DNA of 64,000 nt from Octopus sinensis (Eukaryota), in assembly GCF_006345805.1 (NCBI RefSeq), contig NC_043025.1, forward strand, positions 3,224,001-3,288,000, in the 5' to 3' direction. Below, piece after piece: positions 1-10,673 of this stretch (positions within the stretch are counted from its first letter, which is position 1; every line of letters begins with the position of its first letter). The position numbers and the translations under genes were made by a program. The notes beneath the pieces are model-generated. The model was not told the origin of the DNA. It saw nothing but the letters and a program-made list of their open reading frames with translations, and searched no databases.

Positions 1-528
1 ACGAGTAAAAATTATTAAATGGGAAAATATTTGTGATACTACAAAAAGAAGAAGAAGAAGAAGAAGAAGAAGAAGAAGGAGAAGAAGAATGAGAAGAAGA
101 AGGAGAAGAAGAAGAAGAAGAAGAAGAAGAAGAAGAAGAAGAAGAAGAAGAAGAAGAAGAGAAGAAGAAGAAGAATCAGGCGAAATTATTACATGGAAGT
201 GTGGACAAATAACCACACGGCACCACAGAATAAAGAGAACAACGTGAAACAAACAACAGTAGAATATACATAAGTATTATATTAACACTGCAGACACACT
301 CATACATATATGAACATACACGTTTTCAGGAATAAACTTTTGATGCAGACAATTATCAACAGATAGTCATTGACATGTTCAGACACAATCAAATAAATAT
401 AGCACGAATATGAAAAGTGATTATGACTTCAAGTAATAGGGAGTGAGAACAAATAGAAATCAGGGAATATTTAAATTAAAGACACATTATATTCCTCATG
501 TATAAACGACAACATTCAAAGGACTTAC

Positions 529-600
529 AGAGTTTCTAAGCTGTGAAGGTCTTGAAACATTACTTTCTCAATGTTCGAAATTTTATTGTTCTTAAGATAT
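529..600 (-). CDS. 72-nt LRR exon (type B): YLKNNKISNIEKVMFQDLHSLETL
   Basis: Plus strand has acttac at 523-528 (GTAAGT donor) and ct at 601-602 (AG acceptor). Length 72 nt, open in phase 2. The peptide is visible at the end of ORF 525..1121. Confidence 0.88.
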
Positions 601-1822
601 CTGAAGCAGGAAAAAATGTTGCTTATTTTGACGTAGTATGGAATTGCAATAAAATATGAAATATTGTTCTTTTTGTATAGGAAGAAAACCATAGGAAAAT
701 AAAATGACAAGAAGAAGGTGAAGAAGATGAAGAGGAAGGAGAAGAGGAAGATGAAAAAGAAGAAGAAGAAGAAGAAGACGAAGAAAAAGAAGAAGAAGAT
801 GAAGAAGAAAAAGAAGAAGAAGAAGAAGGTAGATGAGGAGGAGGAGGAGAAGAAGAAGAAGAAGAAGGAGGAGAAGGAGGAGGAGGAGGAGGAGAAGAAG
901 GAGAAGAAGAAAAAGAAGAAGATGAAAAAAAGAAGGAGAAGAAGAAGAAGAAGAAGAAAAGGTATAGGAGGAGAGAGGAGGAGGAGATGGAGGAGGAGAT
1001 GGAGGAGGAGGAGGAGGAGGAGGAAAAGAAGAACCAGGTGGAGGAGAAGAAGAAGAGAAGAAGAAAAGAAGAAGACGTAGAAGAAGATGAAGAAAAAGAG
1101 AAGGTAGAAGAGGAGGAGCATGATGTAAAGGAGGATGAGGAGAGGATGGCGATGATGCGAGAAGAATAAAAGAAGAAGAAGATAAAGAAGAAAAAAGAAT
1201 AGAAGAAGAAGGAATAGGAGAAGAAGAAGAAGAAAAGAAGAAGAAGAGAAGGAGAAGAAGGAGAAGAAGGAGAAGGAGAGAAGAAGAAGAAGAAGATAAA
1301 GATAAGAGAAGAAGTTGATTGAAGAAGAAGAAGAATCAGTAGAAGAAGAGAAGAAGAAGAAGATGGGATGAGGAGGAGGAGGAGGAGAAGAAGAAGAGAA
1401 GAAAAAAAGGAGAAGATGAAGAAAAAGAAGAAGAAGAAGAAGAAAAAAAAGGTAGAGGAGGAGGAGGAGGAGGAGGAAAAGAAGAACCAGGTGAGAGGAG
1501 GAAGAAGAAGAAAAGAAGAAAAGAAGAAGAAGTAGAAGAAGATGAAGAAAAACACGAGAAGTTAAGAGAGGAGCATGAGGTTAAAGGAGGATGAGGAGGA
1601 GAGATGGCGATGATCGAGGAAGATAAGAAGAAGAAGAAGAATAAGAAATAAAGAAAGAAGAGAATAGAAGAAGAGGAAAGTGGAGAAGAAGAAGAAGAAG
1701 AGGAAGAAAAAGAGAAGAAAAGGAGAAGAAGGAGAGAAGAAGAAGAAGAAGGAGAAGAAGAAGAAGAAGCAGCATCAAAGTATACATTTAGATAATAGTA
1801 TTAAGAAAATGAACGAACTTAC

Positions 1823-1893
1823 AATGTTTTTAAATTCGAAATCCCCGTGAAGGTACCTTCTTCGATGTTGAAATGGAGTTATCTCGCAGATCT
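1823..1893 (-). pseudogene. 71-nt LRR exon (paralog of 5345-5416) with a 1-nt deletion; frameshifted or an assembly error
   Basis: Donor acttac at 1817-1822, acceptor ct at 1894-1895. Identical to 5345-5416 except one missing G (ttcgatgttg vs ttcgatggttg) and two substitutions. Corrected reading is DLRDNSISTIEEGTFTGISNLKTL. Confidence 0.7.
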
Positions 1894-2511
1894 CTATAGC
1901 AGTAAAGAGTAAAATAAATTATGTGGAAAATATTTTGTGATACATCAAACATTGTGGCTTTACAATGAAAGAAAGAAAAAGAAAAAAGATAACGAAGAAG
2001 AAAAGAAGAAGAAGAAAAGAAGAAGAAGAAATGAAGGAGGAGGAGATGAAGAGGCAGAGGAGACAGGGGAGATAAAGAAGAAGAAGAAGAAGAAGAAGAA
2101 GAAGAAGAAGAAAGAAGAAGAAGAAGAAGAAGAAGACATTAGTAATCAAAGTGTTCAAAAGATTAAATAGAAAATGTAGTCAAAGAAATAAACGGAGATA
2201 TTTTAGGGAGACGAAGAAACGTTTGAGGGAGAGAACATGGCTGAAAACTCAGGGAATACAAATTTAATACAATTTAAATACAAATCGTTGAAATTGGGAA
2301 TCCAAAATGAGTTAAAGTGTCAAGAATTGAAACAAAGCAACTGCAATAAAGGACATTAAATTTGTCCTTTTATTTCAAATTCTCTCTCCATTCCTCCCTC
2401 TTTCTCTCATTGTGTCTTGCTCTCTTAATCCCACTTTGTATTTCCTAAATCATGTTCGGTCCCGAGTTTGTTTACTGCAGTCCGAGAGTTTATACGGTTA
2501 AGAGTGTATAT

Positions 2512-3543
2512 AGTTAGTTAGTTAATTTGGCTCAAAGCAAATAGCAAGGCCATGTAGGGGGACATGGAGTTAAGTATAGGGTGGTGTTCATGTAAAGAAT
2601 TCAGGCCACTTGAGGTCCAGGGAGGCTTTGAACAAAGCGGTCGTCGGCATCTTCACCATCTCGTCTGGCAGCTTGTTCCACGGATCCGCAACCCGGACGG
2701 AGAAATCTCCTGTCCTTCGATTAAGATGAAATCGTCGCAGGTAGAGCTTTTCGGAATGACTCCGCAGCCGACGCTCTGGAGCAGGAGTGAAGAGCAGCTC
2801 TTTCGAGATGCTGTATGTCTTTGAGGAGATAAGGAGAAGAGGCTTGAATCCCATACTCCAATATGGGTCTCACCAGCGTGACATAGAGTGGTAGGAATAT
2901 GGCTGCCGTGAGAATTCCGATGACCGTCGAATCAAGAACAGAATTCCGCGTGCTTTTGTTGGCAGCATGGACGCACTGGGCCGAAGGCGAAAAGAGGAAT
3001 CTACCAAGATACCCAAGTCCTTTACCTGATCGGTCCTCTCCAGCAGCAGACGACCCGGCTCGAAATCAAGTTGAGTTGCAGGAATAGAGCCGACAGGCAG
3101 ATGACAGCACTTTTTCACGTTCAGACACAGGTCCCAATCGTTAGACCACTTCCAAATTGGTGGAGGCATCGACGAAGATCCTCTATTTACCGCGAGGAGC
3201 GACCAGTTTTGATATCGTCGGCAAATAGAAGGGTGTGTTGCGTGAGGTCGTCGTGCAAGTCATTTATGAAGACTAAGAACAACAGGGCCCAAGCACTGAA
3301 CCTTTGGCACGCCACTGCTCGCACTGGAGACTTCGGACCGCGAACCATTTACTTGGACTTGGGAAGGAGCGATCTGAGAGGAAGGCACCAACCATCGTAC
3401 AATATCCGGATGGAAACTATATGCTTGAAGCTTGACAAGTAATAGGCGGTGGTTTACCGAGTCAAAAGCTTTGGCAAAGTCCAATAAAACGATGTCAACA
3501 GCATCACTATCATCGAGGTGGCGTCACCAATCTTCCCATTACT
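2512..3543 (-). mobile_element. 5'-truncated, internally deleted CR1-clade LINE with a (TAAC)n tail, inserted in an intron
   Basis: Minus-strand ORFs DFAKAFDSVNHRLLL (RT), VKDLGILVDSSF and RVADPWNKLP (CR1-type C-terminus). Tail tagttagttagtt at 2511. TSD-like agtgtatat (2503-2511) / agtatatat (3544-3552). The paralogous empty site at about 7582 reads gagtgtatatatcagcatc. Confidence 0.88.
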
Positions 3544-3603
3544 AGTATATATCATCATCAAATATTACTTTCAAACAGAGTATCAGGAACTGAACGAACT
3601 TAC

Positions 3604-3675
3604 AATATCTTTAAATTCTTAAACCGCGAGAATATACCTTGTTTGATGGTTGAAATGTTGTTGGCACCAAGATAC
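3604..3675 (-). CDS. 72-nt LRR exon (type A2): YLGANNISTIKQGIFSRFKNLKIL
   Basis: Donor acttac at 3598-3603, acceptor ct at 3676-3677, 72 nt, phase 2-2, open. Confidence 0.87.
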
Positions 3676-4263
3676 CTGTTGCAGTAAAGAACGAGTAAAA
3701 ATTATTAAATGGGAAATATTGTGATACTACAAAAAGAAGAGAGAATAAGAAGAAGAAGAGAAGAAGAAGAAGAAGAAAAGAAGAAGAGAAGAAGAAGGAG
3801 AAGAAGAAGGAGAAGAAGAAGAAGAAGAAGAAGAAGAAGAAGAAGGAGAAGAAGAGGAAGAATAAGAAGAAGGAGAAAGAGAAGAAGAAGAAGAAGAAGA
3901 AGAAGAAGAATGAATCATCGAAATTATTTCATGGAAGTGTGGACAACATAACCACACGGCACCACACATAATAAAAGAACAATGTGAAACAACACAGTAG
4001 AATATACATAAGTATTATATTAACACTGCAGACACACTCATACATATATGAACATACACGTTTTCAGGATAACTTTTGATGCAGACAATTATCAACAGAT
4101 AGTCATTGACATGTTCAGACACAATCAAATAAATATAGCACGAATATGAAAGTGATTATGACTTCAAGTAATAGGGAGTGAGAACAAATAGAAATCAGGG
4201 AATATTTAAATTAAAGACACATTATATTCCTCATGTATAAACGACAACATTGAAAGGACTTAC

Positions 4264-4335
4264 AGAGTTTCTAAAGCTGTGAAGGTCTTGAAACTTACTT
4301 TCTCAATGTTCGAAATTTTATTGTTCTGAAGATAT
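4264..4335 (-). CDS. 72-nt LRR exon (type B): YLQNNKISNIEKVSFKTFTALETL
   Basis: Donor acttac at 4258-4263, acceptor ct at 4336-4337. Near-identical to 529-600 but with a compensating -1/+1 indel pair. Confidence 0.82.
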
Positions 4336-5344
4336 CTGAGCAGGAAAAAATGTTGCTTATTTTGACGTAGTATGGAATTGCAATAAAAATGAAATATTGT
4401 CTTTTTGTATAGGAAGAAAACCATAGGAAAATAAATGACAAGAAGAGATGAAGAAGATGAAGAGAAGAAGAAGAAGAAGAAGAAGATAAGAAAAGATGAA
4501 GAAGAAGAAGAAGAAGAAGAAGAGGTGAGAGGAGGAGGAGGAGAAGAGAAGAAGACGAAGAAAAGGTGGAGGAGAGGAGAAGAATAAGAAGAAGAAAAAG
4601 AAGAAGAAAGAAAAGAAAACGGTAGAGTGGGAGGAGGAGGAGGAGATGGAGGAGGAGATGGAGGAGGAGGAGGATGGAGGAGGAGGAGGAGGAAAGAAGA
4701 ACCAGTGGAGAGAAGAAGAAGAAGAAGTAGAAGAAATGAGAAAACGAGAAGGTAGAAGAGTAGGAATCATGAGGTAAAGAGGAGTGGAGGGAGGAGGAGG
4801 AGAGCGATGATGCGAGGAAGAAGAAGAAGAAGAAAAGAAAGAAGAAGAATAAAGAGAAGAAGAAGAATAAAAATGAATGAAGAGGACAGAAGAAGAATAA
4901 AAAAAGAAGAAGAAAAGCAGGAGAAGAAGGAGAAGAAGGAAAGAAGAAGAAGAAGAAAAGAAGAAATAGATGATTAATATATTAGAGGAAAGAAGAAGAA
5001 AAAGATGAGAGGTTTTAAGAAGAAGAAAGAAGAGAAAAGAAGAAGAAGAAGAAGTCGAAGAAGAATAAGAAGAAGAAAGAAGAAGAAGAAGAGAAGAAGA
5101 GAAAAAGATGATGACGAGATAAAGAAGACGAAGAAAAAGAAGACGAGAAACAGAGAAGAAAAAGAAGAAAGAAGAAGAAAAGAAGAAGAAGAAGAACACA
5201 CAACAACACAAGATCAAGTCGAACAAGATTAAGAAAGGAACAGAAGAAGATAGTGCACTCTGAAGTTTATTCGTTTCTGGGAGAAAATATATCAGCATTA
5301 AAGTATACATTTAGATAATAGTATTAGAAACTGAACGAACTTAC

Positions 5345-5416
5345 AATGTTTTTAAATTCGAAATCCCCGTGAAGGTACCTTCTTCGATGGTTGAAATGTA
5401 GTTATTTCGCAGATCT
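5345..5416 (-). CDS. 72-nt LRR exon (type A3): DLRNNYISTIEEGTFTGISNLKTL
   Basis: Donor acttac at 5339-5344, acceptor ct at 5417-5418 after a pyrimidine tract (ttttactctttactgctatag), 72 nt, open. Confidence 0.9.
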
Positions 5417-6001
5417 CTATAGCAGTAAAGAGTAAAATAAATTATATGGAAAATATTTGTGATACATCAAACATTGTGGCTTTACAATGAAAGAAAGAAA
5501 ATGAAAAAAGATTACGAAGAAAAGAAAAAGAAGAAAGAAGAAGAAAGAAAGAAAAAGAAGAAGAAAAGAAGAAAAAGAAGAAGAGAAGTAGAAGAAGAAG
5601 AAGAGAAGAAGAAGAAGAAAGAAGAAGAATAAGAAGAAGAAGAAGAAGAAGAAAAGAAGAATAAGAAGAAGAAGTCAAATATAACTAATGGATTGATTTA
5701 GTCACATTTCAAATAAAAAATCGTTGAAATTTGAGGTGCAAATCGAAGTGAAACAAAGCAACTGCAATAAAGGAACATAAAATTTTTTCGTATTATTTCA
5801 TTTTCTCTCTCAATTTTTCACACTTTCTCTCACTATGTCTCGCACTCTTTCTCCCTGTTTGTATCTTCCAAACTCCTGTTCGGTTCCCCAAATTGAATTG
5901 ATTTTGCTTATTGCAGTCAGAAAGTTCATACATTGTGAGTATATATATCAGCATTATTTATTACTTTCAGAAATTATTATCAAGAAACTGAACGAACTTA
6001 C

Positions 6002-6073
6002 AATGTCGTCAAATTCGAAAGCCCATTGAATATACCTTGTTTCAAGGTTGAAATTTTGTTGCCGTCAAGATCT
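6002..6073 (-). CDS. 72-nt LRR exon (type A2): DLDGNKISTLKQGIFNGLSNLTTL
   Basis: Donor acttac at 5996-6001, acceptor ct at 6074-6075, 72 nt, open. Confidence 0.9.
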
Positions 6074-7646
6074 CTATAGAAGTAAAGAAAGAGTAAAATA
6101 AATTATACGGAAAATATTTGTGATGAAGCGTCAAACAATATGGATTTAGAATGAAAGGAAGAAAAAAAAAGACATATACAGTACAAGAAGAAGAAGGAGA
6201 AGAAGAAAAAGAAGAAGAAGAAGAAGAAGGAGACGAAATAGACGAGAGGAGAGAGGAAGGGAGGAGAAAGGGGAGAAAAAGAAAGAATAAAATGAATTGG
6301 AGGAGGAGGAGGAGGACGAATGGGGGAAGAGAAAAATGCAGGGAGAAGGAGTAAATGAGGTGAAGTAGGAGAGGCGAGGAGGAGAGAGAAGGAGAGAAGA
6401 TAGAGGGGCAGAAATGGCAGAGGAGGAGGCGAATGAGAAAAGGAGATACAAGTAGAAGAGAAAGAAAAAGAGGGAGGAAATTGAAGGAGCAGAAAGTACG
6501 GGAGTATGTTTATGAAAAAAGAGTAGAAAAAGAAGATGAAGAGGAAGAAGAAGAAGAAGAAGAAGAAGAAGAAAAAGAAGAAGAAGTAGAATAATAATAA
6601 GAAGAACAACAAGAAGAAGAACAAGAAGAAAAAGAACAAGAACAAGAAGAACAAGAAGAAGATACATTGAAAACCCTGGTGTCCAAGAAGGTGAAACAGA
6701 AAATGTAATCAAAGAAATAACAGGAGATATTTCAGGGACAGGGAACAAACGTTTGAAGGAGAGAAGAGGGCTGAAATATCAGGGAATATACGGAATCAGA
6801 AATCAACATATTCAAATGCACTCATACACATACTTATATTCATAATATGAACGACGTAAGGTGATACGCACACTCACATTCACACATATTCTCACTCACC
6901 TGTGTGGAAATATGGCGAGAGAGATTATTAATTTCATATCGCTTAATTGACAGAAGAAAGTTATATTAGAAAACACCCTCTTGCAAGAAATATATCAGCA
7001 GTTAAATTGTATCAGGCCAAATATTCCTGCTTAAAAGTGCAGTACGTATTTCAGGTTTACAGAGAAAATGTATGTGACTACATTATTGGTATATATATAT
7101 TTTCCGCTTCCACTTCAGTTGGTCTATCACATACATAAAGTGAAGGGAATGAAAAAGTCGAAGTTGAATGATAATATCGAAACACGAAGGAGAATATTGA
7201 AATAAGAAATGAAGGATGAGACAAATTATAAAATAAATGAATTACATAGTCACATTTCACACGGAACTACATTTATATATGAACATACACACATACTTCA
7301 GCTAAAAATATTTGATGCAAACATGTAAACTCAAGAAATTCAAGTAAAATCATTGAAATTAGGGGATCAAAAATGAGTTATTGAGATGCGAATTGAAACA
7401 AAGCAACAGCAACAAAGGAACATTAAATTTGTCCAATTATTTCACATTCTCTCTCAATTTCTCCCTCTTTCTCTCACTATGTTTCGCTCTCTTACTCCCT
7501 CTTTGTATCTTCCAAACTCCTGTTCGGTCCCCAAATTTCAATTGATCTTCTTTAGTGCAGTCTGAAAATTTATACGGTTATGAGTGTATATATCAGCATC
7601 AAATATTACTTTCAAAATGTAGTATCAAGAAACTGAACGAACTCAC

Positions 7647-7718
7647 AATTTTTTTAAATTGGAAAGCCCCGTAAATGCACCTTCTTCGATGGTTGAAATG
7701 TTGTTGTTCCACAGAATT
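7647..7718 (-). CDS. 72-nt LRR exon (type A1): ILWNNNISTIEEGAFTGLSNLKKL
   Basis: Donor actcac at 7641-7646 (GTGAGT), acceptor ct at 7719-7720, 72 nt, open. Confidence 0.9.
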
Positions 7719-8561
7719 CTATTGCAGTAAAGAAAGAGTAAAAATGATTATATCGAAAATATTTGTGATGCAACATCAAACACTGTGGCTTCAGAATGAA
7801 AGGAAGAAAAATGAAGACAGATCACGAGGAAGAAGAAGGAGGAGGAAAGGAGGGAGAGGAGGAAAGGGGGAGGAGGAAAGGAGGAGCAGTGGGAAAGGAG
7901 CAGGGGGAAAGGAGCAGGGGGAAAGGAGCAGGGGAGGAGAATAGGAGAAGCGGTTGAGGAGGAAGGAGGAGGAGAAGAGGAGGTGGATGAAGAGGGGGAG
8001 GAGTATGAGGGGAGGAGGGAGGAGGAATGGGAGGAGAAGGATACGAAAAATGAAGAAGAAGAAGGAGAAGAAGAAGAAGACGAAGGAGGGTGATAAGGAG
8101 AAGAATAAGAAGGAGGAGAAGAAGAAGAAGAAGAAGAAGAAGAAGAAGAAGAAGAGAAGAAGAAGAAGAAGAAGAAGAAGAAGAAGAAGAAGACGTAGAA
8201 CAGCAACAAGTAAAACAAGAGGAAATTATTTCGGTGGAAGTGTGGATAAATAACCACACGTTACCACAAGAATCAAGAGAACAATGTGAAAGGAAACAGT
8301 CGCTAAAACATAAGTATTATAATAACACTAAAGTCACACTCATACATATATGAACATACACGTTTCCAAGAATAAAATTTTGATGCAGACAATTATCAAC
8401 TACCGGTCATTGTCATGTTCAGACACAATCAAATAAATATAGCACGGATATGAAAAGTGATTATGACTTCAAGTAATAGGGAGTGAGAACAAATAGGGAA
8501 TATTTAATTTAAAGACACATTATATTCCTCAGGTATAAACGACAAAATTGAAAGAACTTAC

Positions 8562-8633
8562 AGAGTCTGTAAGCGGCGAAGGCCTTGAAACATTCCCTTT
8601 TCAACCCTCGAAATTTTATTGTTCGTTAGAGAT
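8562..8633 (-). CDS. 72-nt LRR exon (type B): SLTNNKISRVEKGMFQGLRRLQTL
   Basis: Donor acttac at 8556-8561, acceptor ct at 8634-8635, 72 nt, open. Confidence 0.9.
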
Positions 8634-9238
8634 CTGAAGCAGAAAATAATATTGCTTAGTTTGACATAGTATGGAATTGCCATAAAAGTTTAAATATTGT
8701 TCTTTACGTATAGGAACAATATTATAGGAAAATACAAGAAGAAGAAGGAGAAGAAGAAGAAGAAGAAGAAGATGAAGAAGAAGAAGAAGAAGATGAAGAA
8801 GAAGAAACAAATATAAGCTAATGGAATGATTTAGTCACATTTCACAAGGAAATGCACCTATATATGGACATTCACACATACTTCTGCTAAAAATATTTGA
8901 TGCCAACATGTAAACTCACAAACGTTGCAATTTTTAATACAAATTCAAATAAAATCATTGAAATTTGAGGCTCAAATATGAGTCATGGTGACTGGAATTG
9001 AAACAAAGCAACAGCAACAAAGGAACATTAAATTTGTCCTATTATTTCAATTTCTCTCTCAATTTCTCCCTCTTTCTCTCTTTGTGTCTCGCTCACTTAC
9101 TCTCTCTTTGTATCTTCCTAAATCGTGTTCGGTCCCCAAATTTGAATTGCTCTCTGAAAGATGATTAGGTAATGAGTGTATATATCAGCATCAAATATTA
9201 CTTTCGGAATATAGTATCAAGAAAATGAACGAACTTAC

Positions 9239-9310
9239 ATTTTTTTTAAATTGGAAAGCCCCTTGAATACACCTTCATTGATGGTTGAAATGTGGTTGTT
9301 CTTCAGATTT
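9239..9310 (-). CDS. 72-nt LRR exon (type A1): NLKNNHISTINEGVFKGLSNLKKI
   Basis: Donor acttac at 9233-9238, acceptor ct at 9311-9312, 72 nt, open. Confidence 0.9.
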
Positions 9311-9671
9311 CTATAGCAGTAAAGTGAGAGTAAAAAAGATTAGATGGAAAATATTTGTGATGCAACATCAAAAACTGTGGATTTAGAATGAAAGGGAGAG
9401 AAATAAGAGAGCTGGAGATGAAGAGCGGAGGAGAAGAGGGGGAGAAGGAGAAGAAGAATGAATACTACTACTATTACTACTACTTCTACTACTACTACTA
9501 CTAATAATAATAATAATAAGAAGAAGATGAAGAAGAAGAAGGAGGAGGAGGAGGAGGAGATGAATAATAATAATAATAAGAAGAAGAAGAGAAAAAGAAG
9601 AAGTAGAAGAAGAAGGAGAAGAAGAAGGAGAAGATGGAGGCGGAGGACGAGAAGAAGTGGAATAAGAAAAA

Positions 9672-9741
<70 letters not shown>

Positions 9742-10482
9742 AAATTTTAATAATTTACTTAAAAATTACGTAAGTTTTCGGGTGAACGGGGATACATCAA
9801 TCAGCCGAAACTTCAATTAAGCTTGTACAGTTTTGTAATAAGGTTTATTGTGTTCATGGTAGGGTAAATTTTACTGATGACATTCTATCAAAAATAAATT
9901 CGTCATAATTTGTTAAAACAGCACTATTTTGATTTCTTCACTTTTTAAGAATTTGGCAATTTAAGCGGATCTCGTCATTATCTGCAGTTTAATCCATCTG
10001 TATCATTTTTAATTATAAAAATAATCATTTCTTCTATAGGGACAAACCTGAAATTTGGGGAAGGGGACAAGTCCTTTGCATTGATCTCAGAGATATATTG
10101 CTATTTATTTTACCGACTCCAAAAGAATGAAAAGCAAAGTCAACCTCGACAGAATTTAAAATTGAAATGTAAAGACGAACGAAATACCGCTCAACGTTTT
10201 GTCTGGCATGGACAACGATTCTGATAGCTCGCTGCATATTCTATTATAAAACTAACACAAACAATAATTAACAATTATTCTGTGACACGATCTTATAAAT
10301 TCAATATGGTAAGAAACAGTTTATTTGACTTCACAGCAGGTAACATATCGATTTGTTTTACTCTAACATAAGATTGTGCTTAAAGCTGTGAGATAAACAG
10401 CATAAGCGATTAACTGCGAACATATCAAGAATAATTTAAAACATTGGATGTGGAAAATACGCAGAAAGTGTCAAATACTTAC

Positions 10483-10673
10483 AAATATTCAGCATTCGTC
10501 GGAATTGGTTGTGGAATTGATGCTAGATTGCGATTTTCACAATTTATATTTGTTGTAAGTGAATTGCAAGTACATATCTTGCATATATCTGAATCAGCTT
10601 GAGCCTCCAAAAACAATATCGTACACAGTATCAACACAAGAGCCCGTCTATATGATACTATGTGGTGAAACAT
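10483..10673 (-). CDS. First coding exon: signal peptide + Cys-rich LRR N-terminal cap (CKICTC...INC...LASIPQPIP)
   Basis: ORF 10479..10673. Hydrophobic N-terminus (ALVLILCTILFLEAQA), LRRNT-type Cys spacing, GTAAGT donor in phase 2 (acttac at 10477-10482). The upstream acceptor tttcctattttcttcttttacag puts the exon start at 10693. Confidence 0.88.

Larger units (their letters stand above)
44..9660 (+). repeat. Ten polypurine (GAA/GAG)n tracts in the introns of the LRR gene (about 44-175, 708-1780, 1970-2137, 3733-3910, 4440-5250, 5488-5675, 6150-6660, 7800-8195, 8737-8807, 9395-9660)
   Basis: Seen directly. These tracts account for the poly-K/E/R and poly-F/S/L ORFs in the track. Confidence 0.95.

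Noticed and set aside
6950-7050. LRR-like fragment (QEGVF) on the minus strand in the long intron
   Set aside because: In-frame stops, no donor at 72 nt, and no LxLxxN core.
1-9400. Repeat-spacer periodicity suggestive of a CRISPR-like array
   Set aside because: The conserved units are spliceosomal exons with intron flanks, the spacers are microsatellites, the context is eukaryotic, and there are no cas genes.
525-9820. Long poly-F/S/L and poly-K/E/R ORFs in the track
   Set aside because: They are translations of (GAA/GAG)n tracts. Only the terminal 24 aa of ORF 525..1121 is a real LRR exon.
10034-10237. 67-aa minus-strand ORF between LRR exons 1 and 2
   Set aside because: Overlaps a SINE-B remnant; no LRR motif or 72-nt splice geometry.
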